Numbered from the stretch's first letter, positions 1 through 9,416 are shown. The stretch: 64,000 nucleotides of DNA from Candidatus Spongiisociaceae bacterium (GCA_965262915.1 OZ253564.1:832001-896000), one strand, 5' to 3'. Program-made: numbers and translations. The notes: generated by a model from the sequence alone, not told the origin.

Positions 1-21
1 GTCGTAGGGGACCCTACCCGG

Positions 22-27
22 TACACT
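22..27 (+). promoter_or_regulatory. -10 element (TACACT) of a near-leaderless promoter
   Basis: TANNNT 8 nt before ATG 36 with no SD. Same spacing before the paralog (TAGACT 1368-1373, ATG 1382). Confidence 0.55.
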
Positions 28-35
28 TCAGGTCG

Positions 36-1058
36 ATGACGCAGGTGATGACCGTCAGGGGCCCGGTCGACGGCTCGGAACTCGGTGTGACGCTTTCCCA
101 CGAGCACGTTCTGATCTCGATGGCCTACGCCTTCCCGGCCTCGGGTCCCGAGACCACCAGACCGATCACGATGGACCAGCTTGGCGTGCTGCGCAACGAC
201 ATGATGCGCAACGTGAACACGATCACCCTCGACGAGTCCTCCGATCCGGTGGGAGAATTGACCAAGGCCCGTGAGGCCGGAGTGGACACCATCGTCGACC
301 TGACACCCCCGGAGCTGAGCCGTAATCCGGTGGGTCTGGCCCGTATCTCCGAGGCGACCGGGGTCAACATCATCTGTGGCACCGGTCACTACCTGAGGCT
401 GCAGCAGCCACCCGAGACCCGCCGGTTCATAGACGAGTCCCCACCCGAGGCGATTGCCGAGCCGATGATCCGGGACCTTACGGAGGGCATCGGCGACACC
501 GGGATCCGGGCCGGAGTGATCGGTGAGATCGGCCTCTTCTCGCCGGTCCACCCCAGCGAGCTCAAGACCCTCGAGGCGGCCGTACTGGCCCACCGCGCCA
601 CCGGCGCGCCGCTCTTCGTGCACCTGATGGAAGTGCCGATCGCCGAACATGCGTTGGAAGTGCTGGACCGGGTCGAGCCGGACTGGGACCGGGTGGTCTT
701 TTGCCACATGGACTTCGACATCCGGGATCTCACCTGGCACCTCCGGGCTCTGGAGCGCGGCATCAACGTGGAGTTCGACTTCTTCGGGTCCACCTGGTGG
801 CCGCACGAATGGTACCTGCACTTCCCGACCGACCCACAACGGCTGACTGCTCTGAGCCGCCTGGCGGACGAGGGTCATGCCGGGCAACTGCTGGTGAGCC
901 ACGACGTGTGTACCCGCCTGCAGCTGACCGCCTACGGGGGATTCGGCTACGGGTACCTGCGCTCCGTGGTACCCGGGATGATCGATGCGCTTGGTCTCGA
1001 CCGGGAGCTGCTCGACCAGTTCATGGTCGAGAACACCCGCCGGATACTCACGGCGTAA
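36..1058 (+). CDS. Phosphotriesterase-related (PHP/PTER-like) amidohydrolase, copy 1
   Basis: VMTVRGPV start, TLSHEH, GVIGEIG, FVH, FCHMD, LVSHD and YGGFGY motifs; 340 aa. Confidence 0.93.
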   Translation: MTQVMTVRGPVDGSELGVTLSHEHVLISMAYAFPASGPETTRPITMDQLGVLRNDMMRNVNTITLDESSDPVGELTKAREAGVDTIVDLTPPELSRNPVGLARISEATGVNIICGTGHYLRLQQPPETRRFIDESPPEAIAEPMIRDLTEGIGDTGIRAGVIGEIGLFSPVHPSELKTLEAAVLAHRATGAPLFVHLMEVPIAEHALEVLDRVEPDWDRVVFCHMDFDIRDLTWHLRALERGINVEFDFFGSTWWPHEWYLHFPTDPQRLTALSRLADEGHAGQLLVSHDVCTRLQLTAYGGFGYGYLRSVVPGMIDALGLDRELLDQFMVENTRRILTA

Positions 1059-1115
1059 TCGCCGGGATCCCTCCCGACTACTGGCTAGCCGGTGGGAGCG
1101 CGACGAGCACGCGCG

Positions 1116-1200
1116 GTAGGTTGAATCCCCTGCCGGATTCCGAGTCCCTGATGTGTATTCGTAACGGTGTTCCTGTTACCTGTCCGGAAGGATTCAACCT
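1116..1200. repeat. Degenerate GTAG-type REP/REPIN-like inverted doublet
   Basis: GTAGGTTGAATCC...GGATTC hairpin; AGGTTGAATCC (1118-1128) is the perfect reverse complement of GGATTCAACCT (1190-1200). Confidence 0.45.
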
Positions 1201-1381
1201 GTGGTAGTCCCTTCGTAGGGCTTCGTGGTTCGTTTGCGTTGTATCTGCGGGTCATCGTTGCATCTAGCGGGAAACCGGTTCAAACGCTGTTGAAGGTCGA
1301 TGGTGTTGTAGTCATTCTCGCCGAGCGTACCGGGCGATGACACCCCTCATGCAACCCCGCAGTCTCATAGACTCGAAGCCG

Positions 1382-2404
1382 ATGGCTCAGGTGATGACGG
1401 TCAGGGGTCCGGTGGAAGACTCGCAACTCGGGGTGACGCTGTCCCACGAGCATGTGCTTATTTCGATGGCCTATGCCTTCCCGGCTACGAGTCCGGAGGC
1501 GACCAAGCCCATCACGATAGACCAGTTGGGTGTGTTGCGTAACGACATTATGCGCAATGTCAATGCGATCATCCTTGACGAATCCTGCGATCCCGAGGGG
1601 GAACTGATCAAGGCCCGGGAGGCAGGGGTGGACACCATCGTCGACCTGACTCCTCCCGAGTTGAGCCGCAATCCGGCGGGTCTGGCCCGTATCTCCAAGG
1701 CGACCGGGGTCAATATCATCTGTGGGACCGGTCACTACCTGCGGCTTCAACAGCGACCCGAGACCCGGCGGTTCATCGACGAGTCACCACCGGAGGCGAT
1801 CGCCGAGCCGATGATCCGGGACCTCACTGAGGGCATCGGGGACACCGGAATCCGGGCCGGGGTGATAGGCGAGATCGGCCTCTTCTCTCCTGTCCACCCG
1901 GGTGAGCTCAAGACCCTGGAAGCGGCCGTGCTGGCCCATCGCGCCACCGGGGCACCACTGTTCGTGCACCTTATGGAGGTACCGACCGCCGAATACGCCC
2001 TTGAGGTGCTCAGCCGCGTCGAGCCGGACTGGGAGCGGGTGGTGTTCTGTCACATGGACTTCGACATCCGGGATCTCACCTGGCACCGCCGCGCCTTGGA
2101 GCGCGGCATCAACGTGGAGTTCGACTTCTTCGGCTCCCCGTGGTGGCCCCACGAGTGGTACCTGCACTTCCCGACCGACCCGCAGCGGCTGACCGCCCTC
2201 AGCAGGTTGGCGGACGAGGGTTATGCCGGGCAACTGTTGGTGAGCCACGACGTGGCTACGCGCATACAGCTGACCGCCTACGGGGGGTTCGGCTACGGTT
2301 ACCTGCGCTCGGTGGTCCCCGGGATGATCGACGCCCTAGGCCTCGATCCCGCGTTGCTGGACCAGTTCATGGTCGAGAACACCAGGCGGATACTCACCGG
2401 ATAA
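1382..2404 (+). CDS. Phosphotriesterase-related amidohydrolase, copy 2 (tandem paralog)
   Basis: From ATG 1382 it has the same length (340 aa) and motifs as 36..1058; about 31 aa differences by manual count. Confidence 0.93.
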   Translation: MAQVMTVRGPVEDSQLGVTLSHEHVLISMAYAFPATSPEATKPITIDQLGVLRNDIMRNVNAIILDESCDPEGELIKAREAGVDTIVDLTPPELSRNPAGLARISKATGVNIICGTGHYLRLQQRPETRRFIDESPPEAIAEPMIRDLTEGIGDTGIRAGVIGEIGLFSPVHPGELKTLEAAVLAHRATGAPLFVHLMEVPTAEYALEVLSRVEPDWERVVFCHMDFDIRDLTWHRRALERGINVEFDFFGSPWWPHEWYLHFPTDPQRLTALSRLADEGYAGQLLVSHDVATRIQLTAYGGFGYGYLRSVVPGMIDALGLDPALLDQFMVENTRRILTG

Positions 2405-2476
2405 GTTAAGTACTGAGAACCACGAGCGATCAGGATATCCGCTTGATTGCCAAGCAACGGTCCGACCTCAAGGTCA

Positions 2477-2679
2477 CGAAAAACCGTCCCGCAGACGCCC
2501 CCGCCGGGCCCACCCCCACCACCGCCTTTCCTGGGATCGGAACGCGATCTGCCGCTCCCGTGACGGGCGATTCGGTTCCGACACATAATCCCTCGGACGG
2601 TCGGATGACGTCCGGTCCGATGCCGCCTGGTGCTTGGTACCACTCATAGTGCGACATGGATGTGACAAGTTCAACCCCC
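2477..2679 (-). repeat. Conserved 203-bp non-coding element with promoter-like end, copy 1
   Basis: Colinear blocks shared with 54041-54243: CGAAAAAC, CGGGCCCRCCCCCA, GAACGCG, TCGGYTCCGACA(A)CATRATCCCT, TGTGACA..TCAA(T)CCCC. Confidence 0.6.
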
Positions 2680-2723
2680 TCGTGAGTTTGCGGCCTCCGC
2701 CGAGGGTGGGACAACCGCCCTTC

Positions 2724-3989
2724 CTAGGCAAGACCTCGGGCGGTCGAGACCTCATCTATGGCCTCCGACAGGCCGCTCAGCATCAGGTCGATTTCCGGCT
2801 CGGTGATGACGAAGGGCGGTGAAATCTGCAGGACGCCGTAGGCCCCCCGCAGGCCGATGGTGATGATTCCCCTCTTCAGGGCGGCCCGGACCACGGCGTC
2901 GAGGAGTCCCGGATCCTCCTGCAGGGCGTCCTCGGAGAGCACTACCGACGCCAGGAGCCCGGCGGCCCGGGTGTCGTCGACGACTGCATGCGAGGTTAGG
3001 TGGCCGACCTCTGAAGCCAGGAACGGATCGAGCTCCGCCACCCTGGCGACGAGGCCCTCCCTTTCGATGATGTCGAGGTTGGCCAGGGCGGCCGCGCACG
3101 AGGCGGCGTGGCCGGAGTATGTGTAGCCGTGGCGGAACATGGCCTCGCCCCTCCAGAACGGTTCCCGTATCCGTGGCGCGATCAGGATCCCTCCCAACGG
3201 GGCGTAACCCGATGTGACCCCCTTGGCGAAGGCGATCACGTCGGGGGTGAACCCGTAGTGCTGGGCGCCGAAGTCACGGCCCACTCGCCCGAATCCGGTG
3301 ATCACCTCGTCCGCTACCAGCAGCACGTCGTGGGCGCGGCACAGACGTTCGATCTCGGGCCAGTAACCCTCGACCGGGGGAACGACCCCTCCTGATCCGA
3401 TCACCGGCTCGCCGATGAAGGCGGCGATCCGGGTGGCCTCCCGTTCGAACAGTTCGGCTACCGCCCCGGTGTCGTGGGTGGGTACATGTACCACATGGGG
3501 TACCAGCGGCCCCCCGTACCCCTCGCTGTTGGAGGGGAGGCCCCCGAGCTCGGTACCCCACGCGTTCATGCCGTGATAGCTGAGCTCACGGGTCACGATT
3601 ATCCGTTTCTCGGGGTGGCCGACCGCGTTCCAGTACCGCCGGATCAGCTTGGCGGCGGTCTCTATAGCGTCGCTGCCGCCGGTGGTCATGAACACCACCG
3701 CGTCGTCGATGGGCGCCATCTCCGTCAGCCGGTCGGCCAGGTCCAGGGTCGGTGGGGTGGCCGTGAAGCCGAACGTGGAGTAGGCGGCCAGCTCGGCCAC
3801 CTGCTTGGCGACCGCGTCGGCGATCTCCTGGCGGCCATGCCCGACGTTGCAGTACCACAGCGAGGCAGTAGCGTCGAGGTACCGGCGGCCCTCCGTGTCG
3901 TAGATCCAGACCCCTTCGCCCCGGTTCATCACGATCTCGTTGCCGGGTACCTGGCTCATATCGGCGTACCCGTGCCAGAAGTTGGTCAT
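2724..3989 (-). CDS. Class III (omega) aminotransferase
   Basis: YLDATASLWYCNVGHGR, SYHG, EPVIGSGG, DEVITGFGR, FAKGVTSGY, HGYTYSGH. Confidence 0.93.
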   Translation of the reverse strand: MTNFWHGYADMSQVPGNEIVMNRGEGVWIYDTEGRRYLDATASLWYCNVGHGRQEIADAVAKQVAELAAYSTFGFTATPPTLDLADRLTEMAPIDDAVVFMTTGGSDAIETAAKLIRRYWNAVGHPEKRIIVTRELSYHGMNAWGTELGGLPSNSEGYGGPLVPHVVHVPTHDTGAVAELFEREATRIAAFIGEPVIGSGGVVPPVEGYWPEIERLCRAHDVLLVADEVITGFGRVGRDFGAQHYGFTPDVIAFAKGVTSGYAPLGGILIAPRIREPFWRGEAMFRHGYTYSGHAASCAAALANLDIIEREGLVARVAELDPFLASEVGHLTSHAVVDDTRAAGLLASVVLSEDALQEDPGLLDAVVRAALKRGIITIGLRGAYGVLQISPPFVITEPEIDLMLSGLSEAIDEVSTARGLA

Positions 3990-5035
3990 GTCACCTCCAT
4001 GGTGAGAAGCCGTTTCGTATTCTCGACGAGGATCTTGTCGAGGGCGGTATCGGGGATCCCCGACTTACGCATCCGGGGCACCACCGTGTCGAGGATATGT
4101 CCGAACCCGTGGCCACCGTAAGCACGCAACTGGAACTTCATGCACATGTCGGTGGAGATGAGCACCTGGTCGGCCCAACCCCTCTCGACCAGGAAGGCCA
4201 CCCCGGCGATGCGGTCCCGGTCGGCCGGGAACTCCCAACCCCCGTATGCGTCGCTGCTCATCTCCAGACCAAAACAGTCGAGTTCGAGCGTTATGCCCCG
4301 GCTCAGCATCCGTTCCTCGTACTCGTGATCGAGGTCGCTCAGGTCCTGATGGCTGAGGATCACCCGGCTCAGGTCGGCGCCGGTCTCGGACAGGATGCCG
4401 GCCACCCGGTAGCACAGGTCCTCCCGGCCGAGCCCGAACGGAACATGGACGTTGACGGCCGCTCCGGTGGCCTGCTGGGCCAAGGCGGCTCCGCGGAGGG
4501 ACTTCTCCTCGGCGGGGGTGCCCGACTGGAAACCGATCTCACCGATTATCCCGGCCCGTATGCCGGTGGCGCCGAAGCCCTCCTTGACGTGGGTGATGAT
4601 CTCTGCGGCGATGCCCTCCTCCGAGAGATCCTCCATCCCAGGCGGGTGGCTCTCGTCGATGTAGTAGCCGGCGCCCAGGACCACGTTGAGACCGCTCTGC
4701 CGGGCGATCTCAGCCACCGTCTCCGGCTGGGGATCGAGACCCCGGGTGGTCAGATCGACCAGCGTGCGCCCACCGGCCGCCGTGAAAGGACGGAGTTCTT
4801 CCACGATCATTGCCGGGTCGTCCAGCAACAGGTTGTCCCGGTTGGTGTTGCAGTTGGCGACGATCCTCCAGCGGTTGTCGACGGTGAAGGGTTGGGCAGC
4901 CCGAGCCGCAGCTTCCGGGTCGGCCGGTTCCTCCAAGTACAAGGTGAGGTCGGCGATGAGGTGCTCGTGGGGGAGGGTGATCCCGGCCTCCTCGGGCGGG
5001 ACAGGTCCGAGAACCGTCTGGATGGCCGCCATCAT
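3986..5035 (-). CDS. Phosphotriesterase-related (PTER-like) amidohydrolase
   Basis: IQTVLGPV, TLPHEH, GIIGEIG, VNVH, LSHQD, ISTD, YGGHGF; 4-nt overlap with the aminotransferase. Confidence 0.92.
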   Translation of the reverse strand: MMAAIQTVLGPVPPEEAGITLPHEHLIADLTLYLEEPADPEAAARAAQPFTVDNRWRIVANCNTNRDNLLLDDPAMIVEELRPFTAAGGRTLVDLTTRGLDPQPETVAEIARQSGLNVVLGAGYYIDESHPPGMEDLSEEGIAAEIITHVKEGFGATGIRAGIIGEIGFQSGTPAEEKSLRGAALAQQATGAAVNVHVPFGLGREDLCYRVAGILSETGADLSRVILSHQDLSDLDHEYEERMLSRGITLELDCFGLEMSSDAYGGWEFPADRDRIAGVAFLVERGWADQVLISTDMCMKFQLRAYGGHGFGHILDTVVPRMRKSGIPDTALDKILVENTKRLLTMEVT

Positions 5036-5051
5036 CGGTGGTATCAGCCGG

Positions 5052-6242
5052 TCAGGCTGCGCTTCGGACGCTGATGGGAAGGCGCCAGAATCCGTGGAGT
5101 TCTCCCCTGGGCAGGATCATCGGTTCCACCTCGCCGCCGGTCGTGACCTCCCAATGGGGCAGGGCGGCCAAGGCTTCCTCCACGGCGACCTTGATCTCGA
5201 GACGGGCGAGCGCGGCGCCGAGGCACAGGTGCCGGCCCGTCCCGAAGGCCAGGTGCCTGGCTTTTCGTCCCAGCCTGAAGCGCAGGGGATCGGGATAGGT
5301 GCCGGCGTCGACGTTGGCACCTGCGTAGCACATGGCGACCGACGATCTCTTCGGGATGATGCAGCCTCCCATCTCGACATCGGCCGTGGTGTGCCGTCCC
5401 AGGAGCGTGACCGGGGCTCGCAGGCGGAGCAGTTCCTCGATGGCAAGGGTCATGTTCACCGACGGTCTGCGCAGCAATGTCTGGTCATCGGGATGCGTGC
5501 CCAGATGGTGCATGCTGTTGGCTATCCCGTTGACCGTCGTCTCCACCCCGGCCAGGTAGGCGAGCGATCCGAAACCCAGAACCTCCTCGTCGTTGAGCCT
5601 CCGGCCGTTTACGCGACTGCCCGCCAGGAACGAGAAGTAGCTGTGCGCTCCTCCCCGGTCGCCGGACATCCGGTCATGGACGTACTCCACCAGGCCGTAA
5701 CGGGATTGCTCGGCTATGTAGCGGTCGGCGGCCCGACCGATGAACGTCCCCTCCGCGTACTCCATGAACCGTTCCGCGTCGCTGATCGGGACCGCCAGGA
5801 ACCGGGCCAGCGCCTTCATGACGTACGGAAGGGCGAAATCCTGGACGGCGTCCCCACCTCCGGCGTCGGCCAGATCATGCAGCAACTGGCGGGCGTCATT
5901 CCGCAGATCCGGCTCGAGGGGCGCCACATGGTTACGCCCGAACCAGGGAGCTACCAGGGAACGGTACTTCGCGTGCTCGGGCGGATCGCTCCCTACCGGC
6001 AACTCGACTATGGCCGCCTCAGGCGGCCATTGGGCATGGATCGAGGACGCTTCGAGCCCCGCGGACGAGAAGTTGCGCCAGTCGAGGAGGGCGGCGCGAA
6101 CATCGGCGTAGCGGGTCAGTAGCCAGTAACCCCCCTTGGCGTTGGTGTGCAGGACGGGCTGTTCCCGGTGGATGCGGGTGAATACCTCGTGGGGGTTGAG
6201 GTAGAACGAGGGGTGATCGTGATCGAAGCCGGAAAGGTCCAT
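5052..6242 (-). CDS. Cytochrome P450
   Basis: DPPEH, AGVETT (I-helix), EELLR (ExxR), FGTGRHLCLG heme motif. Start set at ATG 6242 after TATGCT; the longer ORF start lies in repeat DNA. Confidence 0.93.
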   Translation of the reverse strand: MDLSGFDHDHPSFYLNPHEVFTRIHREQPVLHTNAKGGYWLLTRYADVRAALLDWRNFSSAGLEASSIHAQWPPEAAIVELPVGSDPPEHAKYRSLVAPWFGRNHVAPLEPDLRNDARQLLHDLADAGGGDAVQDFALPYVMKALARFLAVPISDAERFMEYAEGTFIGRAADRYIAEQSRYGLVEYVHDRMSGDRGGAHSYFSFLAGSRVNGRRLNDEEVLGFGSLAYLAGVETTVNGIANSMHHLGTHPDDQTLLRRPSVNMTLAIEELLRLRAPVTLLGRHTTADVEMGGCIIPKRSSVAMCYAGANVDAGTYPDPLRFRLGRKARHLAFGTGRHLCLGAALARLEIKVAVEEALAALPHWEVTTGGEVEPMILPRGELHGFWRLPISVRSAA

Positions 6243-6330
6243 GTAGCAGCATACCGAGATCGGCCCTGCGAGGGTCGGCCCGGCGTGCATTTTGTGCCCT
6301 TTATCCGTGGCGTAGTAGCCGCTCACCGCC

Positions 6331-6386
6331 CCTGGCCCCTGGCCCCTGGCCCCTGGCACCTGGCACCTGGCACCTGGCACCTGGCA
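6331..6386 (-). repeat. Heptamer tandem array (CCTGGCC)3(CCTGGCA)5
   Basis: Eight 7-mers starting just past the vapC stop codon. Confidence 0.95.
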
Positions 6387-6387
6387 T

Positions 6388-6771
6388 TCAACCCCGCAGC
6401 ACGATCATCGAGCATTCCGGCCCGGGAGCCATGGCTAAGCGAGCGTCTGCGGTCAGCAGCGGGCAATCGATAGCCTCGGCCAATGCTATGTAGCAGGCGT
6501 CGTAGGCCGACACGTTGTGCCGAAGAGCCCAAACACGTGCAGACAACCACACGATGGGGAAGCGCTGCACCTCGAGGCGCGTCCACCGCTGAACAGACCG
6601 TTCGGCCGCGCTGTTGGTCAACGATCCCCGGACCACCAGATTGCGCATGGTCTGGAGTACTTCGGCATCCACCAGGTGGGGCGCGGCTAGCCGATCCGTG
6701 CTCAGGTGGAGGCGGGCGTCGCCTTTGTCCAGTAGTGCCAATGCCGCCGCCGAAGCGTCAACGACAATCAA
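6388..6771 (-). CDS. vapC: VapC PIN-domain toxin
   Basis: MIVVDAS, APHLVDAEV, SAYDACYIALAE, LLTAD; 127 aa; overlaps the antitoxin stop. Confidence 0.93.
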   Translation of the reverse strand: MIVVDASAAALALLDKGDARLHLSTDRLAAPHLVDAEVLQTMRNLVVRGSLTNSAAERSVQRWTRLEVQRFPIVWLSARVWALRHNVSAYDACYIALAEAIDCPLLTADARLAMAPGPECSMIVLRG

Positions 6772-6989
6772 CGATCGCGGCGACCCTCATCCAGCGCAGC
6801 CAACACCTCGCCGGCTCCGATGTCCAGGTCCGGGAGGTCTCCCAACAGGACCGCGTTCAGTACCCGGCGGGTCGATGCCGCCAACTCGCGTACCGCCATC
6901 GACGAAACCGACAACCCTTCCCTCGCGGCGAGCAGTTTCAGGCGGTCGACTACATCGTCCGGAACGTTTCGCAAGTACAGAGTCTTCAT
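6768..6989 (-). CDS. vapB: VapB/FitA-like ribbon-helix-helix antitoxin
   Basis: MKTLYLRNVPDDVVDRLKLLAAREGLSVS; 73 aa; directly upstream of the PIN toxin. Confidence 0.88.
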   Translation of the reverse strand: MKTLYLRNVPDDVVDRLKLLAAREGLSVSSMAVRELAASTRRVLNAVLLGDLPDLDIGAGEVLAALDEGRRDR

Positions 6990-6990
6990 G

Positions 6991-7014
6991 TTGCAAAATG
7001 CAAGCATGATGCAA
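6991..7014. promoter_or_regulatory. Candidate VapBC autoregulatory operator
   Basis: TTGCAAAATGCAAGCATGATGCAA with three TGCA boxes immediately upstream of the vapB start. Confidence 0.45.
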
Positions 7015-7126
7015 CTCTTATGATTGCTGAGCACAAAATGAAAGCGGTCCGGCCGTCCGTGTATAGTATAGACTGACTTCTAATACGTTAGGCTGGTTAT
7101 AGCCAGTCACCGCTTCCCAGCCATCC

Positions 7127-8191
7127 TCACCCGGCCAGGATGCGCTTCGGGTTCTCCACGGTCATGTTCCTGATCTGGCGGTCGGTTACGTCGCGCTCCC
7201 GCAGCATGGGGACGGCGTGCTCGAGCACGAAGGAGTAGCCGTCGCCGCCATAGGACTTCCAGCGGATCTTCAGGCCGACATCGTGGGACATCACCAACTG
7301 CCGGTCGTATCCCTCCCGGCACAGGGTGGCGATGGCGTCGACCCGTTCGATGTCGGTGGGCATGGCGAAGCCGGCCATGAAGGCCGACTCACTGATGCCC
7401 TCGGCGCCGAACAGGTCGTAGGAGAGCGTGATCCCCCTTGCCAGCAGGCGGCGGTGGTAGTCGAGGTCATGCAATGTCATGTCGCAGTGGCTCAGGTAGA
7501 AGCGGTCCAGGTCGGCGCCCTCCTCCTCGATCAGGTCGACGTAGGACTCCCCCGCCTTGGCCAGGGTGGCCGACTCCGGGTCGTGGATCGACGGGTGGAA
7601 GGTGAATCCGACGCCGGTGTGGATCTGGGCCCGGCACGCAGCCCGCAGCACCTTCTCCTCCTCCGGGTGATAGGGGACGGGTTCGGTGCAGGCGCACTCG
7701 CCGATCGCTCCGGCCCGGATCCCGGTGTCCTCGATACCCTCCTCGAGTTCCCTGATCATGAGTTCGGCGATGTCGTCGGAGGTCATGCCGGTCACCCACG
7801 GCGGATGCACGGCCTGCTTGTAGAAACCCGTAGTGGCGACGATGTTCACTCCGCTGCGGGCCGATACCCGGCGCAGCCCGCGCACGTCCCGTCCCAGGCC
7901 CCAGGTGGTGTTCTCGACGACGGTGGCCCCACCCCAGTCCCGGTAGTCGGCCAGAGCCTCGGCAACCCGTTCCTCGTCGTCGAGCATCAGGTTGGTCCGG
8001 TTCGGGGCGCCCTTCCGCAACGCACCCAGGATCTCGATGGAGATGTCAGCGTCCCATAACTCGTGGACGCTCGGGTCCCCGTGCAGTTCGTACAGCGCTA
8101 CCTGCCCGCTCAGCAGCACATGCTCGTGAAGCAGCACCACTCCGAGATCATCCGCGGAGACCGGACCGGTGACCGTCTGGACCTCGTTCAT
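7127..8191 (-). CDS. Phosphotriesterase-related amidohydrolase
   Basis: VQTVTGPV, LLHEH, GAIGEC, TFH, LSHCD, MSHD, YGGDGY. Confidence 0.92.
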   Translation of the reverse strand: MNEVQTVTGPVSADDLGVVLLHEHVLLSGQVALYELHGDPSVHELWDADISIEILGALRKGAPNRTNLMLDDEERVAEALADYRDWGGATVVENTTWGLGRDVRGLRRVSARSGVNIVATTGFYKQAVHPPWVTGMTSDDIAELMIRELEEGIEDTGIRAGAIGECACTEPVPYHPEEEKVLRAACRAQIHTGVGFTFHPSIHDPESATLAKAGESYVDLIEEEGADLDRFYLSHCDMTLHDLDYHRRLLARGITLSYDLFGAEGISESAFMAGFAMPTDIERVDAIATLCREGYDRQLVMSHDVGLKIRWKSYGGDGYSFVLEHAVPMLRERDVTDRQIRNMTVENPKRILAG

Positions 8192-8200
8192 GGCATTCCT

Positions 8201-8264
8201 AGCGGTCTGTCTGTGAAATGGCGATGGCAAGCAGGACACTGCGAATCATTGCGGACAGACCACT
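8201..8264 (-). mobile_element. MITE family A, short (internally deleted) copy
   Basis: Ends AGCGGTCTGTCTG / CGGACAGACCACT, CTAG at the left; interior is the reverse complement of the start and end of the 39492 copy. Confidence 0.75.
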
Positions 8265-9306
8265 ACAAGGGTTCGGGAAGTGAGTATTGCCTCAGAACGG
8301 ACAGGATCCCCTCCCACGTAGCCGCCACCAACTCGATCGGTTTGTCCCGGTTGGCTACCCGGGCGGTCGCCTCGATCTCGCCCGGGTACATGATGGGCCG
8401 TGAGTCGTCGCGGAGCAGGGCGTTCTTGATGTGGTCGGTCATCATCGAGGCGCGCCTCTTCAGCACGTCCAGCGGCGCGAAGCGTTGAGGATCGAGGACG
8501 ATCATCATCGAGTCGTTGCTGAAGGAGTCGGAAGGGTCGCCCGGAATCCCGCCGCCCGACAGGACCCCGCCGAACAGGTCCACCATGAACGCCAGGGCAT
8601 ACCCCTTGTGTCCTTCCGCTTGACCCAACGGCAGGATGGCGCCCCCGTCGTAGAGGTCGGCGGGGTTCGTGGTCGGGTTGCCGTCCGAGTCGATGAGCCA
8701 CCCGGGTGGGGTTTGGAGGCCGCGGGCCCGGTACATCCGGACCTTGCCTTCCGCCACGACCGAGGTCGCCATGTCCACGACGTACGGTCCCTCGAGGCTG
8801 GACGGGAATGACATCGCGATTGGATTGGAACTGAGCTTGGGCTCCGCGCCGCCGAACGGCGCCTGGTTGATGCCGTGACCGCCTCCGCAGGTGAATATGA
8901 TCGAGGCCATGTCGGACCGGGCCGCCTTCTCCGCGTAGCGGCCGAGGCGGCCGATGTGCTTGACGCGGCGTATCGTCACCGCGCTGATACCGGTGTTACG
9001 AGCCTTGTCGATGGCCAGATCGCTGGCGAACTCGGCCACCACCTGGCCGAAGGCCCACCCTCCGTCGATCTCCGCCGTCGAGGCCGACTCGTCGACGATA
9101 CGGGGACGGGCGCGTGGGATGAGTTCGCCGCGGTCTATCGCGTCCACGTATTCACGCACCCGCATCACACCGTGCGAATGGTGCCCGATGACATCGTTGT
9201 CGACCAGATGACCGGCCACTACGAGGGCATCGGCATCGGAGGCGCCCGTGGCTCGCAGGGCGGCGGCGCAGATGTCCTTGAGTTCCTCGCTCTGTATCCT
9301 TCGCAC
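8263..9306 (-). CDS. Ldh_2 family (malate/L-lactate/sulfolactate/ureidoglycolate-type) NAD(P) oxidoreductase
   Basis: GHHSHGV, DGGWAFGQ, HIGRLG, SNPIA, DMATS, GHKGYAL, MYPGE. GTG start at 9306 is inferred. Confidence 0.9.
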   Translation of the reverse strand: MRRIQSEELKDICAAALRATGASDADALVVAGHLVDNDVIGHHSHGVMRVREYVDAIDRGELIPRARPRIVDESASTAEIDGGWAFGQVVAEFASDLAIDKARNTGISAVTIRRVKHIGRLGRYAEKAARSDMASIIFTCGGGHGINQAPFGGAEPKLSSNPIAMSFPSSLEGPYVVDMATSVVAEGKVRMYRARGLQTPPGWLIDSDGNPTTNPADLYDGGAILPLGQAEGHKGYALAFMVDLFGGVLSGGGIPGDPSDSFSNDSMMIVLDPQRFAPLDVLKRRASMMTDHIKNALLRDDSRPIMYPGEIEATARVANRDKPIELVAATWEGILSVLRQYSLPEPL

Positions 9307-9416
9307 CCTCCCGCATCCTTTCGATCCGGTCCGTACGACGTGCTGACCGCTCCCCGGGCTCCCCCAAGTACTGTACTCCTCGTGAGTTCCGGACAACGGC
9401 GCTCGGGAGGTGAAGG

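Noticed and set aside
4686-6122. Long antisense and overlapping ORFs (e.g. 4686..6122 +, 24766..26109 +, 26945..28609 -, 57826..59796 -)
   Set aside because: Shadow frames of well-supported genes in high-GC DNA; no recognisable motifs.
6243-6380. N-terminal PGARCQV-repeat extension of the P450
   Set aside because: It is the translation of the heptamer array; P450-like sequence and a -10 box support ATG 6242.
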